Shown piece by piece: positions 18,271-26,811 of a stretch of 32,000 nt of DNA; the stretch's first letter is position 1; each line of letters opens with the position of its first letter. The DNA is from an uncultured Candidatus Saccharibacteria bacterium (GTDB lineage Bacteria > Patescibacteriota > Minisyncoccia > UBA6257 > UBA11618), in NCBI GenBank assembly GCA_964432405.1, contig CAYSNH010000001.1:90001-122000 (forward strand), given 5' to 3'. The position numbers and the translations under genes are program-made. The notes under the pieces are model-generated. The model was not told the origin of the DNA. It searched no databases and was given only the letters and a program-made list of their open reading frames with translations.

Positions 18271-19791
18271 TTAGCGAGCGTATTCAATAGCTCTCATCTC
18301 TCTGATGACATTAACCTTAACTTCTCCTGGATATTTCATTTCAGATTGAATCCTACCGGAAATATCTTTAGCTAATTGCAAGGCGCTAAAATCATCAACT
18401 CTCTCTGGAATAACAAAGACCCTAATCTCCCTACCACCAGAAACAGCAAAAGCTGATTTAACTCCCTCAAAATCAAGAGCTATTTTTTCTAAGCCATCAA
18501 GACGCTTAACATAATTCTCAACACTATCTCGTCTAGCTCCTGGTCGAGCTCCTGAAAGAATATCAGCGGTAGTCACAATAAACGCCTCTGGAGTTGTGTG
18601 AGGATAATCATCATGATGAGCCTCCATAGCTCTAATAACCAGCTCATCTACCCCATACTTTTTCAAAAGCTTTCTTCCTAACTCAATATGAGTCCCCTCA
18701 ACCTCATGATCAATAGCCTTACCGATATCATGCACCAAGGCCGCTTTCTTAGCCACCTCAACATTAGCTCCTAACTCAGAAGCTATCATGCCAGCAATAT
18801 GACCCATCTCCACTGAGTGATGAAGTACATTCTGACCATAACTAGTACGAAAATGTAATTGGCCCAATAATTGAACTATTTCTTTAGGAAAATCTACAAT
18901 CCCTAACTCATAAACAGCTTCTTCACCCAACTCCATTACCCGTTTATCAGTCTCTCTTTGAGCCTCATCAACCTTTTCTTCTATTTTAGCTGGTTGAATA
19001 CGACCATCTTTAATTAGCTTGTCTAAGGCCAATCGAGCGATCTCTCTTCTCATTGGATTAAAAGAAGAGATAACGATAGTTTCTGGAGTTTCATCAACAA
19101 TTATCTCTACACCCGTTAATCGTTCTAACGCTCTAATGTTTCTTCCTTCGCGACCAATAATCTTACCCTTCAAATCCTCATCAGGTAAATTAAATGTAGT
19201 GGTAGTCATTTCAGAAATGTGGGAGCGAGCGTAACGTTGTAGGGCGGTGGTAATGATACTAAGTGATTTCTTTTCTATCTCTTCACGACGATCATTTTCT
19301 AATTTTCTAATAGAGTCTATAAGATCTTTCTGATAATCTTTTTTAACCATTTCCAAAAGACTTTCTTTAGCCTCTCCCACTCTCATGTCAGCTAGCTTCT
19401 CTAATTTTTCTACCGCTTGCTTACGCAACTCATCCACATCAGCTTTGGAGCTACTAATCTTTACCAACTCCTCACTAGCCCTTTTTTGCTTATTTTCTAT
19501 ATCTTGATTCTGTTTATTAAGTAAGTCTTCTTTTTTAATTAAATGATTCTCTAGACGATTTAACTTAGTACCTCTCTCTGATTCTTCTTTTTTAAATTCA
19601 TCATAAAGAGCGGCTGCTTTGTCTTGAGCCTTTAAGATAATCTCTCGCGCCTGAGTTTGCGCCTCCTCTACTTGAGATTTAATTTTTTGTTCTAGAGAGT
19701 TAGTTTTGCGAACAGAAATCGCTTGCCGAATAAAATAACCGGCTACTAAACCAAAGATAATCCCGCCCAAAACTAAGATGTTTAATTCCAT
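18271..19791 (-). CDS. rny: Ribonuclease Y
   Basis: It has an N-terminal TM helix, a coiled coil, a KH domain (GKIIGREGRNIRALERLTGVEIIVD) and an HD domain (HHSVEMGHIAG...LVHDIGKA). Confidence 0.95.
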   Translation of the reverse strand: MELNILVLGGIIFGLVAGYFIRQAISVRKTNSLEQKIKSQVEEAQTQAREIILKAQDKAAALYDEFKKEESERGTKLNRLENHLIKKEDLLNKQNQDIENKQKRASEELVKISSSKADVDELRKQAVEKLEKLADMRVGEAKESLLEMVKKDYQKDLIDSIRKLENDRREEIEKKSLSIITTALQRYARSHISEMTTTTFNLPDEDLKGKIIGREGRNIRALERLTGVEIIVDETPETIVISSFNPMRREIARLALDKLIKDGRIQPAKIEEKVDEAQRETDKRVMELGEEAVYELGIVDFPKEIVQLLGQLHFRTSYGQNVLHHSVEMGHIAGMIASELGANVEVAKKAALVHDIGKAIDHEVEGTHIELGRKLLKKYGVDELVIRAMEAHHDDYPHTTPEAFIVTTADILSGARPGARRDSVENYVKRLDGLEKIALDFEGVKSAFAVSGGREIRVFVIPERVDDFSALQLAKDISGRIQSEMKYPGEVKVNVIREMRAIEYAR

Positions 19792-19836
19792 AAATTTTAT
19801 AGATCACTAGTGATTTCATGAAAGGAGTAATTAGTG

Positions 19837-19905
19837 ATGATTGTTAGGACTTTAGAATATCGTTTATTATTAATAATGACTACCGCCATTATACAAAAAA
19901 ACTAA
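19837..19905 (+). CDS. Candidate 22-codon small ORF (MIVRTLEYRLLLIMTTAIIQKN) immediately upstream of gpmI
   Basis: A strong SD AAAGGAG (19821..19827) lies 9 nt upstream of the ATG. The TAA stop at 19903..19905 is 4 nt before the gpmI ATG, which has no SD. There is no homology evidence. Confidence 0.25.
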   Translation: MIVRTLEYRLLLIMTTAIIQKN

Positions 19906-19909
19906 TGAT

Positions 19910-21469
19910 ATGTCAAAACGATCTACTATATTAATAATTACCGATGGTTGGGGTATAGGTCGAAACGACCCTACTAACCCCGTTTACATTGCTAAGCCAA
20001 AAACCATCAATCACATTAAAGCAAATTATCTTAGCGGTTCTCTTCAGGCCTCTGGTATTGCTGTTGGCTTACCCTGGAACGAAGAAGGCAATAGTGAGGT
20101 TGGTCATTTAACTATTGGAGCTGGCAAAGTTCTCTACCAACACTATCCTCGCATCACCCTCTCTATTGAGGATAAGTCCTTCTTAAAAAATAAAGCCCTG
20201 ATAGCTGCCTTTAATCACGCCATTAAAAATAAATCAGCCGTCAACTTAATTGGCATTCTCTCAGAAGGTAATATTCACGCTTCCTCAGAACATTTAGTAG
20301 CATTGATAGATTTTGCTAAAAAGAAAAAAGCACCTCTTGTTAAACTTCATTTGTTTGCCGACAGCAAAGACAGCCCCCCTAAAGGATTCCTTAATCTATT
20401 AAATGACCTCTATCAACAAATCGGGAAAAGTCCGACCGTTAAACTAGCTAGCCTCTCCGGTCGTTATTTCTCTATGGATCGCGATCATCATTGGGATCGC
20501 ACCAAAGAAGCATACAATGCACTTTTGGGTAAAAAAGAACTGATCAAAGATTTAAAAGCTTACATCGACTATCAATACAAGAGAGGTTTGAAAGATGACT
20601 TCATTACTCCTGTTTGCTTAGGAGAAGAACTGGATTCTATTAAAGATAATGAATCTATTATTTTCTTTAATTATAGAGAAGACAGCATTAGGCAGATTGC
20701 TGCTCCTTTCGTCCAAAAAGATTTCAAAGAATTTAAAACTCTCTCCTTAAAAAATATTCATCTGGTAACAATGACTAATTATTCCGATAGCTTTGATGCC
20801 AAAGTCGCCTTCCCTGCTAAAAAAGTCGTCAACTCTTTAGGAAAGGTTTTAGCTGATAATAATAAAATTCAATTAAGAGTGGCTGAAACAGAAAAATATG
20901 CTCACGTCACATACTTCTTCAACGGCTTTAAAGACAAGCCTTTTAAAAATGAATTTAGAATTTTAATTCCTTCTCGTAACATAGCCCGTCATGACGAGCA
21001 TCCAGAAATGATGGCTAGCGAGATATCCAATCGCATTATTCAAGCCATTGAAGAAAAAGAGGTTGATTTTATTGTTGGTAATTTTGCTAGTCCTGATATT
21101 ATTGCTCATACTGGCAATTTCGATGCTGCTATCGAAGCTATTAAAGTTGTTGATGATCAATTAGATAAAATTGTGAAAGCAGCTCTAGCCCATGATGCTA
21201 CTCTAATCATCACCGCTGATCATGGTAACGTGGAACGTATGATTCACCCTATGACTGGCAAAATAGAAACTAAGCATGATATCAGCCCCGTTCCTTTTTA
21301 TTTGATTGGTAATAAATTTAAAAAACCAAAAACTCCAGCGGTTGTAAAAAGAATTGAAAATGAAACTATTGGCATGCTCTCTGATATTGCTCCTACTATT
21401 CTCGGTTTAATGAAAATAAAAAAACCTTCTGAGATGACTGGTCAAAATTTAATTGATAGATTACAATAA
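19910..21469 (+). CDS. gpmI: 2,3-bisphosphoglycerate-independent phosphoglycerate mutase
   Basis: The motifs are ILIITDGWG, GNSEVGHLTIGAG, ETEKYAHVTYFFNGF and ITADHGN. Confidence 0.93.
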   Translation: MSKRSTILIITDGWGIGRNDPTNPVYIAKPKTINHIKANYLSGSLQASGIAVGLPWNEEGNSEVGHLTIGAGKVLYQHYPRITLSIEDKSFLKNKALIAAFNHAIKNKSAVNLIGILSEGNIHASSEHLVALIDFAKKKKAPLVKLHLFADSKDSPPKGFLNLLNDLYQQIGKSPTVKLASLSGRYFSMDRDHHWDRTKEAYNALLGKKELIKDLKAYIDYQYKRGLKDDFITPVCLGEELDSIKDNESIIFFNYREDSIRQIAAPFVQKDFKEFKTLSLKNIHLVTMTNYSDSFDAKVAFPAKKVVNSLGKVLADNNKIQLRVAETEKYAHVTYFFNGFKDKPFKNEFRILIPSRNIARHDEHPEMMASEISNRIIQAIEEKEVDFIVGNFASPDIIAHTGNFDAAIEAIKVVDDQLDKIVKAALAHDATLIITADHGNVERMIHPMTGKIETKHDISPVPFYLIGNKFKKPKTPAVVKRIENETIGMLSDIAPTILGLMKIKKPSEMTGQNLIDRLQ

Positions 21470-21510
21470 TCGCAATGAGGTCCTCGTTTGTGAGAGAGCG
21501 AGGGTCGTTG

Positions 21511-21556
21511 GGCGGCGGTAGTTCAACGAGACCACCGAACTACTGCCGCCTTTTTT
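21511..21556 (+). terminator. Rho-independent terminator after gpmI
   Basis: A 13-bp G+C-rich stem ggcggcggtagtt/aactactgccgcc (one G-T pair) is followed by TTTTTT at 21551..21556. Confidence 0.75.
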
Positions 21557-21580
21557 ATACAAAAAATACAAAATCTTTAA

Positions 21581-21609
21581 TTGACCGATCTTTAAAAAAG
21601 CTTTATTTT
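21581..21609 (+). promoter_or_regulatory. Putative promoter TTGACC-17-TATTTT for uvrC
   Basis: TTGACC is at 21581..21586 and TATTTT at 21604..21609, with ATG 21620 lying 10 nt downstream. Confidence 0.4.
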
Positions 21610-21619
21610 ATTGAGGCTT

Positions 21620-22771
21620 ATGAAAGCTTCTATTATAAAAAAAATAAAGTCCTCTCCTAAAACACCCGGTGTCTACATTTTTTATAAAAACAAAGAGGTC
21701 TTATATATAGGTAAAGCAGTCAACCTATGCAATCGTCTCAAAAACTACCTAAGAATAACAGATCTCAAAACAAAACTACTTCACCAAGAAACCACTAATA
21801 TAAAATGGCTGGAACTTTCTTCTCCTATCGAAGCCCTTATTAAAGAATCCTCCTTAATTAAAACCCTTAAACCAAAACTCAATGTTTATTGGCAGGATGA
21901 TAAGAATCATTTTTTTGTTTCTTTTACTAAAGACGATTTTCCTAAAGTTAAGATCACTCATCAACCCAAAGACCAAAGGGCTCTTGGACCTTTTACTGAC
22001 GGCAAGGCCTTGCGTCTAGTGCTTAAAATAATTCGTCGTCACTTTCCATATTGTACCTGTCGAGAAAATCATCTTCGCATTTGCCTTAATAGCCAAATAG
22101 ATAACTGTTTTGGTTTTTGCTGCCAAAAGAAAAACATTATTACTGTTGAGCAGAAAAAAATCTACAACCAAAGTCTCAAAACTATTAAAGATATTCTTAA
22201 TGGCAAAAAGAAAAATCTATTAAAAAGAATTACCCGAGACTCTGATCTCTGGGCTATCGATAATATTCTTAGTCACAGTGAGTTTTTAAATGATAGTAAG
22301 TGGCAAAGAATTGAATGCTATGATATCTCCAATCTATCTGGAAAGGAAGCTGTTGGTGCTATGACGGTTTTAAAGAATGATGCTGGTCATTGGCAGTCTG
22401 AGATAAGAGAATTCAGGAAATTTAAAATTAAAAACTCTCCTACGCAAGACGATCCCCGAATGATTGCTGAAATATTAACTCGACGCCTTAATCACCCAGA
22501 ATGGTCTTATCCTGATCTAATTGTTATTGATGGTGGTATTACTCAGTACAATGCTGCTCAAAAAGCATTAGATAAAACTAAGACTGCTATTAAGCTTATT
22601 TCTTTTGCTAAGCCTCAAAAGAAAATCTTAGGTCTAAGCAAATTAACTACTGCTGACAAAAAAATAATTAAAGGGTTAAAAGAAGAAAGGATTATTGAGA
22701 GAATTATTAAACAAACTCATAATTACGCTATTAACTATCACCGTCAATTGCGTGATAAAATAAGAGCGTAA
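21620..22771 (+). CDS. uvrC: Short UvrC-like excinuclease subunit (GIY-YIG plus Cys-rich region plus RNase H-like endonuclease domain; no C-terminal HhH2)
   Basis: The GIY-YIG domain reads PGVYIFYKNKEVLYIGKAVNLCNRLKNY. The Cys-rich segment is CTCRENHLRICLNSQIDNCFGFCC and the endonuclease core is IECYDISNLSGKEAVGAMTV...PDLIVIDGGITQ. The ORF track starts at TTG 21611. ATG 21620 is preferred because of the promoter position. Confidence 0.8.
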   Translation: MKASIIKKIKSSPKTPGVYIFYKNKEVLYIGKAVNLCNRLKNYLRITDLKTKLLHQETTNIKWLELSSPIEALIKESSLIKTLKPKLNVYWQDDKNHFFVSFTKDDFPKVKITHQPKDQRALGPFTDGKALRLVLKIIRRHFPYCTCRENHLRICLNSQIDNCFGFCCQKKNIITVEQKKIYNQSLKTIKDILNGKKKNLLKRITRDSDLWAIDNILSHSEFLNDSKWQRIECYDISNLSGKEAVGAMTVLKNDAGHWQSEIREFRKFKIKNSPTQDDPRMIAEILTRRLNHPEWSYPDLIVIDGGITQYNAAQKALDKTKTAIKLISFAKPQKKILGLSKLTTADKKIIKGLKEERIIERIIKQTHNYAINYHRQLRDKIRA

Positions 22772-23136
22772 TGATTATTATACGCCTCATATTCTTCTTT
22801 TTAGTTAATCTCATTGCTTTATTAGTCATTAGCCAGCTAGTACCAGGGGTGGAATTGGTAACCGAGACCTCCGTATTATTAACTACAGCCTTAATATTTA
22901 CCGCTCTAAATAGCTACCTTAGACCTCTAGTTAAATACTTTTTAACTACCTTTATTATTCTCACGCTTGGCTTACTAGGCTTTCTTATTAATGCTGGAAC
23001 ACTTTATTTACTTGACTTTATTACCAAAAATATTAGTATTAATGGACTACAGCCCTTATTACTATCTACCGTAATAATTACTATCTTTAATGTTGTTAGT
23101 AGTTTTTTCGGTTGGGCATTACTAAAGAAAAAATAA
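22771..23136 (+). CDS. DUF360 / holin-superfamily-IV-like 4-TM membrane protein
   Basis: It is 121 aa with four hydrophobic segments, in the YvlD/DUF360 style. It is start-coupled to the uvrC stop (TAATG). Confidence 0.6.
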   Translation: MIIIRLIFFFLVNLIALLVISQLVPGVELVTETSVLLTTALIFTALNSYLRPLVKYFLTTFIILTLGLLGFLINAGTLYLLDFITKNISINGLQPLLLSTVIITIFNVVSSFFGWALLKKK

Positions 23137-23138
23137 AA

Positions 23139-23366
23139 ATGGAAAACTTTATTACATTTCTTCAAATTGTCGTTTCTATCATTTTGGTAGCGCTTATTCT
23201 AATGCAAGAAAGATCCTCTGGAGCAGGAGGTGCTTTTGGCGGTGGTGGCGGTGGTGGCCTTTATCAGGCTCGCCGCGGATTAGAAAAAGTAGTTTTTATT
23301 AGCACAATAGTTTTTGTTATTCTATTTGCTGGTCTAGCATTACTTAACCTTGTTTTACCTATTTAA
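23139..23366 (+). CDS. secG: Preprotein translocase subunit SecG
   Basis: The product reads MENFITFLQIVVSIILVALILMQERSSGAGGAFGGGGGGG...FISTIVFVILFAGLALLN, which is two TM helices and a Gly-rich loop. ATG 23139 is preferred over the track start at 23112. Confidence 0.85.
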   Translation: MENFITFLQIVVSIILVALILMQERSSGAGGAFGGGGGGGLYQARRGLEKVVFISTIVFVILFAGLALLNLVLPI

Positions 23367-25008
23367 TAAAATCTTCTCTCATCTATCTCAATTAGAACGC
23401 CGAACATTAATCGGCGCTACTCTAATTTTTATAGTCTCTTTATTCTTCATCAGTGTTAATAGTTATTACAAAAATACTGTAGAGCTACCTGTGCGTGGCG
23501 GCTCTTATGTTGAAGGTCTAATTGGGCAGCCTTCTTTTATCAACCCTTTGATAAGTAATGCTAGTGACGTAGATAGAGACCTAATTGAGATAATCTACAG
23601 CGATCTTGATGATCTAGTTGATAAATATCAAATCAGTGAAGACAATAAATCTTGGACGATTATTCTAAAGAAAGATCTAAAATGGAGTGATGGCGAACCA
23701 TTAACTGCTAATGACGTCTTGTTTACCATCAGAGCCATTCAAGATTCTAATAACAATCACCCTCTTTATTCCACTTGGCGTGGTGTGGTGGTAGAAAGAT
23801 TAAATCAAGATGAAATTCGCTTTACTCTCAAAACTCCTTATGTTTTCTTAATCGACAACTTTAAAGAACTAAAAATCGCTCCCGAACATATCTTTGGAAA
23901 TATTCCAACTGCCAACCTGCGCCTTTCTCAGTATAATATCGAACCAGTTAGTAGTGGGCCTTATAAGTTCGGGACAATGGAAATTCGTCGTGACGGCTTT
24001 ATTACCCACTATCGCTTAACTAGTAACGAACTCTATCATGATGAGCTGCCTTATATTGAAAATTTCGCTTTCCGTTTCTATGACAACAATGGCGATCTAA
24101 TTAAAGGGTTTAATAGAAAAGAAATTGATGGTGTCGGTGCCCTTACTCAAAATCATCTCCAGCATATTAAAGTTGGCCATAAGGTTGTTACCATCAACCT
24201 TCCTCGCTATTACGCTATCTTTCTTAACTCAAATACTACCCCTGCCCTTCAATCACCGTCTGTCAGAAAAGCTTTAGACTTGGCTACTGATAAAAATAAA
24301 TTGGTTAAGGAGATATTTGATGATCAAACTATTGTTATGCAAGGACCTCTTCCACCTAATATACGTGGCTACGATCAAGAACTATTTGCTAATGAAAACT
24401 TCAATTTAAAAAAGGCTGCTCAGCTTTTAGATAAAGCTGGGTGGACAATTAATGAAGAAAATGTCAGAATTAAAAACAATAAGAAGGAACAGCTGCGATT
24501 AGAGTTTGATATTATTGTTCCTGAAATTCCTTTCTTAACAAAAACCGTTGAACTTATCAAAGAAGACTGGGCTCGAATTGGTATTGTGCTCAATCCGATT
24601 ATCCTTAACACAAATGATATTAGTAATAATGTAATTAAGACACGTAATTATCAGATGCTTGTCTTTGGCAACATCTTGAAGAAGAATCCTGATATTTTCT
24701 CTTTTTGGCATTCTTCAGAAAGATTTTATCCGGGCCGCAACCTTGCTTTATACGAAGACAAACAGGTCGATCGATTGCTATCAAGCATTCGACAAGATTT
24801 TAATAATCATTCTCGCAATAAAAAACTAAGTCAACTACAACAGATTATTAATGATGATAAGCCGGCTATATTCCTTTATAGTCCTAACTATTTATATATA
24901 GCGCCTAAAAATCTAAAAGGTTTTTATTCTTACTTCATTACTACCCCTGCCCAACGATTTGAAAAAATAAATCAGTGGCATCTAAGAACATACAGAAAAT
25001 TCCAATAA
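23350..25008 (+). CDS. Family-5 (OppA/DppA-like) solute-binding protein with N-terminal membrane anchor
   Basis: The start is TTG and the TM anchor is LIGATLIFIVSLFFISV. SBP_bac_5-like blocks are GGSYVEGLIGQPSFINPL, KWSDGEPLTANDV and GPYKF. No ABC permease or ATPase lies nearby. Confidence 0.75.
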   Translation: MFYLFNKIFSHLSQLERRTLIGATLIFIVSLFFISVNSYYKNTVELPVRGGSYVEGLIGQPSFINPLISNASDVDRDLIEIIYSDLDDLVDKYQISEDNKSWTIILKKDLKWSDGEPLTANDVLFTIRAIQDSNNNHPLYSTWRGVVVERLNQDEIRFTLKTPYVFLIDNFKELKIAPEHIFGNIPTANLRLSQYNIEPVSSGPYKFGTMEIRRDGFITHYRLTSNELYHDELPYIENFAFRFYDNNGDLIKGFNRKEIDGVGALTQNHLQHIKVGHKVVTINLPRYYAIFLNSNTTPALQSPSVRKALDLATDKNKLVKEIFDDQTIVMQGPLPPNIRGYDQELFANENFNLKKAAQLLDKAGWTINEENVRIKNNKKEQLRLEFDIIVPEIPFLTKTVELIKEDWARIGIVLNPIILNTNDISNNVIKTRNYQMLVFGNILKKNPDIFSFWHSSERFYPGRNLALYEDKQVDRLLSSIRQDFNNHSRNKKLSQLQQIINDDKPAIFLYSPNYLYIAPKNLKGFYSYFITTPAQRFEKINQWHLRTYRKFQ

Positions 25009-25012
25009 AAAA

Positions 25013-26749
25013 ATGCAAAAAAAAGAAACTATAAAAAAATCTACTAGAAAAACTCCTGTTAAAAAAACGGTCTCTTCATCCACGAGTAAAGAACCTAAAC
25101 TAAAAATAATCCCCCTAGGAGGATTAGAGGAGGTTGGTAAGAACATGCTCTTTCTCGAGTATGAAGATGAGATCGTGATTGTAGACGCCGGCTTACAATT
25201 CCCTGAAGAAACAACCCCGGGTATCGACTTTATAATCCCTAATATTAGCTACCTAGAAAAAAACAAGCATAAGGTCAAAGGCCTTATCATTACTCACGGC
25301 CACTATGACCATACCGGTGCTATCCCTTATATAATTGATAAGATTGGCAATCCAACTGTATACTGCGCTCCTATCACTAAAGCGATGATTGTAAAGAGAC
25401 ATGAGGAATTTCGTAATCTTCCTAGGCTAGATGTTGAAGTGGTTGGTCCTGGTGACAAAGTTAAATTTGGCAAGCATCTTCAGGCTGAGTTTTTTGAACT
25501 TGATCACACTGTACCTGATACAGTTGGAACTATTTTCACCACTCCAATTGGTAACGTGGTTCACTTTACCGACTTTAAACTTGATTATGATCATGCTGGC
25601 AAGCCAATTGGCATGGATGCATTCAAAAAAATTGGGGAAAGCAAAGTTCACACTCTAATGATCGACAGCACAAACGCTGAAGTTAGTGGTCGAACAGTTT
25701 CCGAAAGATTAGTGGAAGAAAATCTAGAAAGTCTTTTTGAAAAAGCCGAGGGACGCATTGTCGTCGCTACCTTTGCCTCTCTATTAACCAGGTTAAGAGA
25801 AATCATCAATATAGGTATTAAATTAAAAAGAAAGATATTTATTAGTGGTTACTCAATGAAATCTAACCTAGAGATTGCTCAAAATCTCGGTTTCATCAAA
25901 GTTCCTAAAGGAACTATTCTGCCATTAGAGGAGATGAAAAAATATGATGATGATAAAATCATGGTTCTTAGCACTGGCGCCCAAGGAGAGTCTAACGCCA
26001 GCTTAATGAGAATCGCTAACGGTGAGCATAAATTTTTTGAAACAAAACCTGGCGATAGCTTCATCCTCTCCTCTTCTATCATCCCCGGCAACGAACGTGG
26101 AGTGCAAATCCTCAAAGACAACCTTACGCGCCAAGGAGCGAAGGTTTTTCAATCAAGAGATATTGACATTCACTCCAGTGGCCACGCTCCCCAAGACGAA
26201 CTCCGTGATGTTATTAAGCTTATAAAACCAAAATTCTTAATTCCCACCCATGGCTACTATTTCATGAGAGCAGCTAATAGAGAAAATGCTGTTGAGTGTG
26301 GTGTTAAAAGAGAGAACGTAATATTACTAGACAACGGAGATGTTGCTGAAATAAGTAAAGAAGCTATTAAAGTTAACATCCAACAAGTTGAAGCTAGTCG
26401 GATATTAGTTGATGGATTAGGCGTTGGTGATGTAGGAGAGATAGTTCTTCGTGACCGACGCGTTCTCTCTCAAGAAGGAATGATTGTTGTTATTGCTACT
26501 CTTAGCAAACATAACGGCCGATTATTAAAAAACCCGGACATTATATCCAGAGGATTCATTTATCTTAAAGAAAATCGTGAAATGCTAAATGAGGTGCGTA
26601 AACGATTGCGTCGTATTGTTGAAAGAACAAAGAATCAACATTCAGACGCTGATTATACCAAGTCATTAATCAGAGATCAGATTAGCGAATTCTTATATCG
26701 AAAAACCAAACGCCGACCCATAGTTCTTCCAGTGATCATTGAGGTTTAA
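25013..26749 (+). CDS. rnj: Ribonuclease J
   Basis: It has a metallo-beta-lactamase/beta-CASP fold with IIPLGGLEEVGKNM, HGHYDHTGA, STGAQGE and HSSGHA, plus a Lys-rich N-terminal tail. Confidence 0.93.
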   Translation: MQKKETIKKSTRKTPVKKTVSSSTSKEPKLKIIPLGGLEEVGKNMLFLEYEDEIVIVDAGLQFPEETTPGIDFIIPNISYLEKNKHKVKGLIITHGHYDHTGAIPYIIDKIGNPTVYCAPITKAMIVKRHEEFRNLPRLDVEVVGPGDKVKFGKHLQAEFFELDHTVPDTVGTIFTTPIGNVVHFTDFKLDYDHAGKPIGMDAFKKIGESKVHTLMIDSTNAEVSGRTVSERLVEENLESLFEKAEGRIVVATFASLLTRLREIINIGIKLKRKIFISGYSMKSNLEIAQNLGFIKVPKGTILPLEEMKKYDDDKIMVLSTGAQGESNASLMRIANGEHKFFETKPGDSFILSSSIIPGNERGVQILKDNLTRQGAKVFQSRDIDIHSSGHAPQDELRDVIKLIKPKFLIPTHGYYFMRAANRENAVECGVKRENVILLDNGDVAEISKEAIKVNIQQVEASRILVDGLGVGDVGEIVLRDRRVLSQEGMIVVIATLSKHNGRLLKNPDIISRGFIYLKENREMLNEVRKRLRRIVERTKNQHSDADYTKSLIRDQISEFLYRKTKRRPIVLPVIIEV

Positions 26750-26760
26750 AAACCTCTTTA
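26741..26760 (+). terminator. Weak hairpin at the rnj stop (possible attenuating terminator)
   Basis: The 6-bp stem gaggtt-taaa-aacctc is followed by ttta, and the stop codon sits in the loop. Confidence 0.2.
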
Positions 26761-26775
26761 AGACCAAGATAAGTT

Positions 26776-26804
26776 TTTACAATTCCCTCCACTTATCGTA
26801 TATT
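26776..26804 (+). promoter_or_regulatory. Promoter TTTACA-17-TATATT, 7 nt upstream of the trpS ATG
   Basis: TTTACA is at 26776..26781 and TATATT at 26799..26804. The ATG is at 26812 and there is no SD. Confidence 0.5.
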
Positions 26805-26811
26805 TAAATCA

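Noticed and set aside
21475-21660. 61-aa ORF between gpmI and uvrC
   Set aside because: It covers the G+C-rich hairpins and terminator and runs into the uvrC promoter. RNA structure explains it better.
26750-26811. T-box or other riboswitch leader upstream of trpS, and likewise upstream of ileS at 31174..31196
   Set aside because: The intergenic regions are 62 nt and 23 nt, which is far too short for a T-box. The promoter-to-ATG spacing leaves no leader.
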